A DNA stretch of 19,773 nt from Octopus sinensis (lineage: Eukaryota): NCBI RefSeq assembly GCF_006345805.1, contig NW_021824168.1, forward strand, positions 1 to 19,773, given 5' to 3'. The notes under the pieces were generated by a model. It did no database searches. It was not told the origin of the DNA and saw only the letters and a list, made by a program, of their open reading frames with translations. The translations under genes were made by a program, and so were the position numbers. Below are positions 11,476 through 19,773 of this stretch, piece by piece. The first letter of the stretch is position 1. Each line of letters begins with the position of its first letter.

Positions 11476-11845
11476 ATATATATATATATAACACATATAA
11501 TATATTACACATATATATAAATGTATATATAAATATGTATATGTATATAAATACATACTTACACACACATACACACACATATATATATACATGTATATGT
11601 ATATATATGTGCATTTACTTTGCATATATTCCAAAGTAATATATATAGTAATAATAAATACGTATAGATATAAGTATGTACGTATACATATGTATATAAT
11701 GATATACATATATGTATGTAAAAATACTTATTATTTATATTCTTATATATATTATGTATAATAAGCATTAGGATAATGCACGAGAATAGACACAAAACAG
11801 AAAACATACAGATTTGCACATACTCTGTCACACTGCATGATACCT

Positions 11846-11904
11846 TGTAGAAATGAGTTGCGACATCACTGGTGTGGAGAGAGGAGGCTGGTATGCGTGG
11901 GCGA
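11846..11904 (+). repeat. Second copy of the repeat at 8009-8067
   Basis: tgtagaaatgagttgcgacatcactggtgtggagagaggaggctggtatgcgtgggcga. Confidence 0.7.
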
Positions 11905-13181
11905 AGTATAGGCCTGGCGTACAAAGCTTTCTGAATGTACGTGGTTGACAACAATAACCTGTCGTCTACACACACACACCACACACACACACACACAATG
12001 CCTAAAATATAAGGAGTGGGTCAGTGGATCTAGTAGAACATTGACTACAATTGTTTCATAAATCACTGACGTTCAGTTACGTAAGCCGTTACGCAGCGTA
12101 GTTTGTCTTCATGCGAAGACAGTTCGACGAAGTTTACATTGTCGCATGAAATAACTAAATACTAAGGCTACAAGCTAGCAAAAGACAGTGGTCAGTGGAA
12201 CAGGACAGAAACGAAAATAAAAACAAAATAAAACAATATAAAATAAAAATAAAATAAAATGAGCAATGGCAATGTTAACGAAGGGGGGCGAAGGGATCAC
12301 CTCACAGGGAGAGAATTAACAAGGAGAATCTCTTTATTGAAAATTCAAACCGCAACTAATATTGCAAACTCGTTGATCATACTTCCTTATCTACCTCATT
12401 CTTTCAGGATGGGCTAACACAAATATATAAGGATACCATGCATTCATCACTTCTAGCTAAAACTTATATTCTTTAAATATCATTATATTATTGTTGTTAT
12501 TATTACTATCATTTTTATTAAATATGCAAACAATCTGATATGTAATTATAAATTGGTTTATGCAAATTTATATAATTAGAAAATAATATAAATAAAGTGT
12601 TAAAATCTGAATGTTAAGTTAGCAAACAATTATATAAAAAAGATAATGCAAATGAAGCTAAAATGATAATTTATAATTAAGGTTATTAACACCCTTTATT
12701 ACAAAAAATTGATAAACCAAATTGAAGAGTTAAAACCCATAGAGTTGTCTCCCCTTATTCACAACACAGGGACTGAAGAACTACTACTACTACTACTTCC
12801 TGTTTTGCCAACACCTTAATAAACTAAACAACACATGGTTTAATCCCATGGATCCTAATACTTCAAGGTAATTTTTTCGTGAACAATCATTAAACTAAGA
12901 TACACAAGACTTTACAATGTATCGGAGAGTACTTATTTTTTAATTTTTGTATATATTATTATTATTTTTTTGCAAAAAACAATTGTAGTTTTCTTTTTTC
13001 CCCCTCCTGACAATTAAAAAAATGTTTTCTTTTACAATTCTTGAAAAGTCACATTATGACGAAAACCGATTTGAATTAATATATATTTATATATTTTATC
13101 AATTTTTCAAAAACTTTTTCCATACACCCATTTTCATTAAAATTTTCTTTCAATTTAGCATTCTGCCTTTTTACAATTTTT

Positions 13182-13266
<85 letters not shown>

Positions 13267-13333
13267 TATTTATATATATACATATATATGAATATACACA
13301 TGTGTATGTGTGTGCCTGTGCGCCAGGTGTCTC

Positions 13334-13705
13334 TGTGTCTATATAATATATTACATTGTATTTTATTCCATCTTAATTACTCTTTTCTACTTTTTATGGC
13401 AAACGCTATTCAACTCCTTTCATTTGCATTTTGGTCTATTAATCATTTGAATACCGTTTATCAAATTATTTCAACAGATATCATTTAAGAGATGAAATGC
13501 AATAACAAATCATTGAATCGTGAGATTCCCATCTCTACTCACCCATCCCGTTTAAATACCACACATACGAATAAGAAAACTAGATAAACTGATGAAAGAT
13601 ATGGACGTTAAGAAGCAAGAGTTGAGAATCTGTAGACACTCTTTTGACAGTTCAGTGCCATGATTTATCTATTGTTCTCGCTGTATTATTACAAAGACAT
13701 CGTAC
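13334..13705 (+). repeat. Old direct duplication, copy 1 (paralog at 16044-16808)
   Basis: Colinear blocks such as aatcatttgaataccgtttat / aatcatttgaataccatttat, gataaactgatgaaag (both copies) and gttgagaatctgtag / gttgagagtctgtag. Confidence 0.85.
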
Positions 13706-13822
13706 GTTTGAAGATTTTTGAATGCTTTGGATGTTCAGAATCAAAGACACATCAGCAACTTGGCTCTCGGTGTCTAAAGGTAATTGTTCTTTGAAAATTG
13801 TAATAAGAATAAAAAATATACA

Positions 13823-13915
<93 letters not shown>

Positions 13916-14135
13916 CTCAATCTATCTATCTATCTATTTGTCTGTCTATCTATCTATCTATCTATCTATCTGTCTGTCTGTCTGTCTGTCTATATGTCTG
14001 TCTGTCTATCTGTCTATCTATCATCTATTTATCTATCCATCCATCCATCTATACATACATACATATGCAAATGCATCTGTATATGTATGAATGTGTGTGT
14101 GTATGTATGTATGTATGTATGTATGTATGTATGTA

Positions 14136-14168
<33 letters not shown>

Positions 14169-14193
14169 ATGTATGTATGTATGTATGTATGTA

Positions 14194-14225
<32 letters not shown>

Positions 14226-14245
14226 GTATGTATGTATGTATGTAT
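13823..14245. repeat. Compound tetranucleotide microsatellite (ATCT)-(GTCT)-(ATCC)-(ATAC)-(ATGT)/(GT)
   Basis: Directly visible; explains the YLSI and MYVC ORFs. Confidence 0.95.
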
Positions 14246-14646
14246 TGTAATAATCGAAGAAAGATCGCGAATCCATAAGTTCTTGTGACATTTTGTTGCA
14301 GAACTTTTGATGATTATTATAAAACTTTGGAGCCGTTTCTATGATTGGCGTGGAATTTGCGATGCAGTTCTTAGTTTTGAACAAATCAAAGACGCTGGCA
14401 AATTTCTGTTAATAACGATTTGAAGCACATATTTCTTGCATCTGAAGTATCTGAAGTGCACTTCAGAACATCGCATTCCTCTTAAGTTCTTCATTTATCA
14501 TGCAATTGGAAGTTTCAATTTTCACGTAGTTCACGCGTAACATTGCATCCCATCCGCTGTGTCAATTCTCAAGCGGACAGGTGTGGATCCTCGTGGATGA
14601 GGTCGTTCAACTGATTCTCATCAAACAGAACAGGTCTGTCAGTATA

Positions 14647-15074
14647 TATTTCTTTACTACCCACAAGGGACTAAACACAGAGGGGACAAAAAAGGACAGA
14701 CACGCGCATTAAGTCGATTACATCGACCTCAGTACGTAACTGGTACTTAATTTATCGACAAGGCGGTGAGCTGGCAGATACGTTAGGACGCCGGACGAAA
14801 TGCTGAGCGGTATTTCGTCTGGCGTTACGTTCTGAGTTCAAATTCCGCCGAGGTCGACTTTGCCTTTCATCCTTTCGGGGTCGATTAAATAAGTACCAGT
14901 TACGCACTGGGGACGATATAAGCGACTTAATCCGTTTGTCTGTCCTTGTTTGTCCTCTCTGTGTTTAGCCCCTTGTGGGTAGTAAAGAAATAGGTACTTA
15001 ATTTATCGACTCCGAAAGGATGAAAGGTAAAGCATTTCGCCCGACATGCTAACGATTCTGCCAGCTCGCCGCCT
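14647..15074 (-). mobile_element. SINE family C, long-tail subtype, outer copy with internal deletion, 16-bp TSD
   Basis: TSD caggtctgtcagtata at 14631-14646 and 15075-15090. The 5' part is 15074-14993 and lacks the B-box segment; the 3' part is 14759-14647. Confidence 0.92.
14760..14992 (+). mobile_element. SINE family C, long-tail subtype, full-length inner copy, 18-bp TSD
   Basis: TSD ggtacttaatttatcgac at 14742-14759 and 14993-15010. A-box-like tggcagatacg, B box gagttcaaattcc. Confidence 0.95.
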
Positions 15075-15534
15075 CAGGTCTGTCAGTATACATAGAGTTG
15101 TTGAGGATGAATTTCCCTCCTTGCAGCATGAAAACCATTTCTGTGCAGTTCGTTTAGCAATAGCGTCTTTTCCGAACACAACAGAAATGTCTCGAGCGGT
15201 TATGGCAGCTTGGGAACCTTGATTGAAAGCGAAGAGAAACATTTTTCGAAAATGTTCATTTTTTTTCTACTTGGCACTCTACCGTACTAAGTAGTGAAAT
15301 CTTGAAGAGGGGAAACGGTAGGCAAAAGCCTACTGGAAGTACCATTGTTATTCACAGATTCTGGTATTAATCCCTCGTCCCGTTTATCGCTACTACATGG
15401 TATTTTGGTTTCTGAAAAGAGGCGAAATTTAATCAAATTTCAAAAAGCAAAAGCAAAAGTTGCAGGGAAAGAATAAAGTTAAAAATAACCGTAAGAAACA
15501 ACAATAGGAATATTTTTCCAGCTAATTCAAATAA

Positions 15535-15842
15535 GAGAAGAGGCGCAATGGCCCAATGGTTAGGTTAGCGGACACGCGGTCGGAAGATGGCGGTTTCGAT
15601 TCCCAGACCAGACATTGTATGTGTTTATTGAGCGAAAACACCTAAAAGCTCCACGAGGCTCCGGCAGGGAAAGCTGGCGACCCCTGTTGTACTCTTTTGT
15701 CACAACTTTCCTTCACTATCTCTTCCTGATTCTTGAGTAACGCTGCGATGGACTGGCGTCCCGTCCAGCTTGTGGGAACACATACGCCACAGAAACCGGG
15801 GAACCGATCCCATGACCCTGGCTAGGCTTGAAAAGGGCGACG
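15535..15842 (+). mobile_element. SINE family B head with an alternative 3' tail (B'), 11-bp TSD
   Basis: The head is homologous to 10612 and 16379 up to cacaactttc...ctc, then an unrelated tail gctgcgatggactggcgtcccgtccag...gaaaagggcg. TSD aattcaaataa at 15524-15534 and 15843-15853. Confidence 0.9.
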
Positions 15843-16043
15843 AATTCAAATAACATTGGAAAGATTGAGAATAAATAGAATAACCGAACGAATGTATAGG
15901 ACAACCCAGTATAACATACTATCAGCGTATTTTTTGTGTATAAGAAAACTTAAAAAATTCTGCGCGATTTGATATGATAGCTTTAAACTTTCTAGTACAA
16001 CTGATGACAGACAGAAACAGACAGACAGTGGTAAAGATATGAA

Positions 16044-16808
16044 TGTGTCTATTATATATTACATTATATTACATTCTCGTGCTTCTTAAACAATCTACTT
16101 CTTTTGTCAAACGTCATTCATCATTCAGTTGCATTCTGATTTAACAGCCAATCATTTGAATACCATTTATAAAGTTATTTTATTAGATATCATTTAGAGA
16201 TGAAATTTTATTGCATCTAAAGAGTATTACCTCTGCTTAATCGCCCGTATTCATACCATATATACAAATAAGAAAATTGGATAAACTGATGAAAGTCGGA
16301 AACGTTTAGAGACAGAAGTTGAGAGTCTGTAGGTTGTTCCATCACTGTTCAGTATCATGATCTTTCTGTTGTCATTGTGGAGGCGCAATGGCCCAGTGGT
16401 TAGGGCAGCGGACTCGCGGTCGTAGGATCGCGGTTTCGATTCCCAGACCGGGCGTTGTGAGTGTTTATTGAGCGAAAACACCTAAAAGCTCCGCGAGGCT
16501 CCGGCAGGGGATGGTGGGGATCCCTGCTGTACTCTTTCACCACAACTTTCTCTCACTCTTTGTTTCTGTTTCTGTTGTACCTGTATTTCAAAGGGCCGGC
16601 CTTGTCACTCTCTGTGTCACGCTGAATATCCCCGAGAACAACTTTAAGGGTACACGTGTCTGTGGAGTGCTCAGCCACTTACACGTTAATTTCACGAGCA
16701 GGCTGTTCCGTTGATTCGGATCAACCGTAACCCTCGTCGTCGGAACCGACGGAGTGCTTCCATCCATCCATCTGTTGTCATTAGTGCATTAATACAAAGA
16801 AATCATAT
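16044..16808 (+). repeat. Old direct duplication, copy 2, interrupted by SINE B
   Basis: Homology to 13334-13705 runs 16044-16376 and resumes at 16783-16808 (attaatacaaagaaatc versus attattacaaagacatc). Confidence 0.8.
16377..16770 (+). mobile_element. SINE family B, long-tail subtype, full length, 12-bp TSD
   Basis: A box tggcccagtgg, B-box-like gtttcgattccc, (CCAT)n tail. TSD tctgttgtcatt at 16365-16376 and 16771-16782. Confidence 0.95.
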
Positions 16809-17211
16809 TCTTTTATTTGTTTCAGTCATTTGACCAGCGGCCATGCTGGAGCACCGCCTTTAGTCAAACAAATCGACCTCAGGACTTATACTTTGTAAGT
16901 CTAGTACTTATTCTATCGGTCTCTTTTTGCCGAACCGCTGCGTTACGCGGACGTAAACACACCAGCATCGGTTGTCAAGCGATGTTGGGAGAACAAACAA
17001 AGACACACACGCACGCACGCATGCACACACACACACACACACACACACCACACACACACATATATATGTACGACGGGCTTCTTTTAGTTTCTATCTACCA
17101 AATCCACTCATAAGGCTTTGGTCGGCCTAAGGCTATAGTAGAAGACGCTTGCCCAAGGTACCATGCAGTGGGACTGAACCCGGAACCATGTGGTTGGCAA
17201 GCAAGCTATTT
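16809..17211 (-). mobile_element. SINE family A, nearly full length (extreme 5' end missing), short internal CA microsatellite
   Basis: Colinear with 6088-6731 in both halves; B-box-like ggttcagtccc. Confidence 0.92.
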
Positions 17212-17391
17212 ATTTCATTTCATAAAATTTTTCAGCCCCCTCCCTCCTCCTCCTTCTTCTTTAGATAGTTTGGTAAATCCAGAGTCTTCCAAATGGCCTT
17301 TATAGGGTTTCCCCTGTTCATGCACATCTCTCTTTGAAGTCCTTATGCATATCATACTGTTTCCTCGTGTGGTGTGATGTTTGTCTATTGT

Positions 17392-17520
17392 AAAGATAGC
17401 TTAAACTGTGCTTTAAATGGAGGTGTAGTCAAATCCTATTTTACGGACTCGACCATGTTCTAAAATAAGTGGAAAGCTAAGCTACTATAAATCGGCACAA
17501 ACTTTGCGGACAACCCAATA
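17392..17520 (-). mobile_element. 5' end of a second mariner element (TIR plus leader, no transposase)
   Basis: The reverse complement of 17489-17520 is tattgggttgtccgcaaagtttgtgccgattt, a mariner-type TIR with terminal TA. The leader matches a recalled octopus mariner. Confidence 0.7.
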
Positions 17521-18109
17521 CATTGGTGACAAAAGAAATAACGTACTTCTTAAAAAAAAAAGAGAATCAAACTTTCTCTTCTTTCCAATCGAAAGTTTAA
17601 TTCAACTTCTCAAGCCACGACCATCGAGACTGTCACATCCACCCCACACACGCACACACACATACATAACAAAAACACACACGAATACGCATATATTACT
17701 TATATTAGATATTTTTTCCATCAGTTTCGCAGAAATGCCAAGTTTGAATTGTCGATAATCGAATCGATATCGATTAACAGATTTAACAATCTGTATCCAG
17801 TCACCAGCACTGTATTATGTCGGTAAATCAGGATACTTAACAAATACTGTTGATAAGTGTTTGCCTATCTCTGTAAACAAATGTAACGTCTTGTGACAAT
17901 GTAGGCTACAACGCTTATTAACTCTGTACAAATCTCAAATGGAACCAATAATGAAATACTGCTTCTAAATCTGGGACGGCGATGCTAATTTGCATACAAT
18001 TATCTTGGATCGCGTTCTGATATACGCTACAAGACCGACTGGCATCAAGTTGCTCACCAACGTACTATGCCCTCACATCTACATACATCTGGTGTCTTCA
18101 CTCTACGAG

Positions 18110-18333
18110 TACTACTACTACTACTACTACTACTGCTGCTACACTACTACTACTACAACTACCACCACCACCACCACCACCACCACCCCTACTACTACTA
18201 CTAAAACCACCACACCTCCACCACCACCTCCACCACCACCACCACCATCACCATCACCACCACCACTACCACCACCACCCCTACTACTACTACTAAAACC
18301 ACCACCACCTCCACCACCACCATCACCACCACC

Positions 18334-18404
<71 letters not shown>

Positions 18405-18460
18405 ATTCACCAGCGCCTCTGCCGCGGCTACAACCATTACTACTGCTATTATCAATAATA
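18110..18460. repeat. Compound (ACT)/(ACC) trinucleotide microsatellite
   Basis: Directly visible; source of the poly-T, poly-P and poly-L ORF 17990-18664. Confidence 0.95.
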
Positions 18461-18662
18461 AACTTTTCTAAAATAGGCGCAAGTACAGAAATTTTGAGGG
18501 GTGGGAAAGTCAATTGGATCGACATCATGGCTCAAATGGTGCTTATTTTATCGACCGCGATGAAAGGCAAAGTCGACATCGGCGGATATAGAACTCGGAA
18601 CAGACAAAGTATCACTAGACATTTTGTCCGGCGTGCTAACGATTCTGCCAGGTCTCTGCCTT
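18461..18662 (-). mobile_element. SINE family C, short-tail subtype, diverged
   Basis: Reverse complement: aaggcagagacctggcagaatcgttagcacgccggacaaaatg...ccgccgatgtcgactttgcctttcat...aaaatttctgtacttgcgcctattttagaaaag; trinucleotide tracts on both sides. Confidence 0.88.
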
Positions 18663-18678
18663 AATAATGATAATGATA

Positions 18679-18727
<49 letters not shown>

Positions 18728-18742
18728 CAACAACAATAATAA
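18663..18742. repeat. (AAT)/(GAT)n tract
   Basis: Directly visible. Confidence 0.95.
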
Positions 18743-18994
18743 TGACTTCATGTATTTGCCACCAGGGTGAAGGATGAAGGGGACAATACAAAGACAGATA
18801 CAAAATGTTGGGGTTTGCATATGATGAAATGGTAAATCGATGAATAAATATATAACAAAAATGAAGTAAATATATAAAATACATACAATAGAAAGGAAGG
18901 AAAATGTAGACAGTATATATATAAAGGTTAAAAAGAAAGGGGAATGGGAGAGATGTAGTCCTCCTGTTGTAAAATGATACATTGTTAGCTCGCC

Positions 18995-19009
18995 AATAAT
19001 AATAATAAT

Positions 19010-19048
<39 letters not shown>

Positions 19049-19085
19049 AATAATAATAATAATAATAATAATATAATAATATAAC
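18995..19085. repeat. (AAT)-(AAC)-(AAT) tract
   Basis: Directly visible; abuts the 5' junction of the Dong fragment. Confidence 0.95.
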
Positions 19086-19533
19086 AATGCAAAGATCCTA
19101 CGTGATTTTAGGATTCAGTGCGACCATAGATAGAGAATAGGATGCCGGACATAGTCTTAATTGAGAAAGAAAGCAAACTATGCTGGATCATGGATATAGC
19201 ATGCCCAACTGACAACAAGGTATGCGATAAAGAAGAAAGAAAAGTCGAGAGATATGATAGATTAGCTTGGGAAGTGAAGAAGTTGTGGTCGATGAATAAG
19301 GTAGTAGTAGTACTAATAATTGTGGGAGCCCTGGGAACAGTGAGTAAAAATCTCGAGAAGTTCATGGAACAAATAGGGGATGTAATAAGGGTGGAGCACT
19401 TGCAGAAAACAGCACTGATTGGAACCGCTCGAATACTCCGGAAGGTGCTCGAAAAATAAGAGGTGTTACCTTAGTTCACTGGTAGTGAACAGCTGACACA
19501 GCAGCACATTTCCAGCGTTAGAAGCTGTGCAAA
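19086..19533 (+). mobile_element. 5'-truncated R4/Dong-clade retrotransposon, family 2 (RLE domain plus 3' UTR)
   Basis: ORF 19142-19459 PDIVLIEK..IMDIACP..EERKVERYDRLAWEVKKLW..LQKTALIGTARILRKVLEK carries PD..D..K..Y RLE motifs. Same family as 4707-5362. Confidence 0.93.
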
Positions 19534-19580
19534 GGAGAGTAGGAAGTTCAGTCAGGCTGGATCAAACTGGGGCAGAGACT

Positions 19581-19738
19581 TTCAAACAGTTCCGGTCAAC
19601 CAAATTCATTCACAAGGCATTCGTCGGTCCGGTGCTATAGTAGAAGACACCTGCCCAAGTTGCCACACAGTGGGACTGAACCCAAAACTAAGTAGTTGTA
19701 AAGCGAGCTACTTTATCACACAGCTATGTCTGTGTCTA
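19581..19738 (-). mobile_element. SINE family A head only, diverged
   Basis: cacaaggcattcgtcggtccggtgctatagtagaagacacctgcccaagttgccacacagtgggactgaaccc matches the other family A heads. Confidence 0.85.
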
Positions 19739-19773
19739 TGTTATTAACTTATTCATTTGTTTTTAAAATTCGT

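Larger units (their letters stand above)
14541..15911 (-). mobile_element. Decayed mariner transposon: 5' TIR plus N-terminal HTH part of the transposase, interrupted by three SINEs
   Basis: From 15282 (-): (M)ECQVEK.EHFRKMFLFAFNQGSQAAITARDISVVFGKDAIAKRTAQKWF. It resumes left of the SINEs as DRPVLFDENQLNDLIHEDPHLSA*ELTQRMGC. TIR-like end ggacaacccagta at 15899-15911, similar to the TIR at 17489-17520. The 3' part was not identified. Confidence 0.8.

Noticed and set aside
12770-12867. AG...GT-bounded open 98-bp segment (phase 0-2, as expected for the next receptor exon): GLKNYYYYYFLFCQHLNKLNNTWFNPMDPNTSR
   Set aside because: No transmembrane helix or homology, and it contains a (CTA)n repeat. 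RNA-seq would be needed to revive it.
14265-14540. Possible 3' part or second TIR of the mariner (atccataagttcttgtgac)
   Set aside because: It does not match the TIR at 15880-15911 and I could read no transposase motif. Left unassigned.
13334-16808. LTR pair flanking an internal region
   Set aside because: The copies are highly diverged, with no PBS, PPT, gag/pol remnant or TSD; the interior is explained by other elements.
17725-17822. Another open 98-bp AG...GT segment (FRRNAKFELSIIESISINRFNNLYPVTSTVLC)
   Set aside because: No resemblance to class B TM1; likely chance.
17990-18664. Longest ORF (224 aa, poly-Y/T/P/L) as an extensin- or formin-like protein
   Set aside because: It is (ACT)/(ACC) microsatellite plus an antisense SINE C, with no real ATG start and no domain.

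Overview
Eukaryotic, AT-rich, microsatellite- and transposon-dense genomic DNA. From recalled SINE and mariner sequences it is most likely an octopus or related coleoid cephalopod; this was not verified by a search. The only host coding sequence I can support is one 80-bp exon (2298-2377, +). It encodes the C-terminal half of the hormone-binding ectodomain of a class B1 (secretin-family) GPCR, most like CRF/DH44 receptors, and the rest of the window appears to be its introns. Intron content: three R4/Dong-type RLE non-LTR fragments, two mariner remnants, a probable Penelope-like RT fragment, about 14 copies of three to four tRNA-derived SINE families (several with clear TSDs, one nested in its own family), a 147-bp palindromic MITE-like hairpin, a fold-back duplication of a LINE 3' end, an old ~370-bp duplication and many microsatellites. 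Almost all ORFs in the supplied track are microsatellite or TE artefacts. I found no new protein-coding system. The best leads are the hairpin element, SINE 3'-tail swapping that tracks with insertion-site type, the nested inverted SINE, and TAA-associated Dong insertions. The SINE family labels A, B and C are my own working names.
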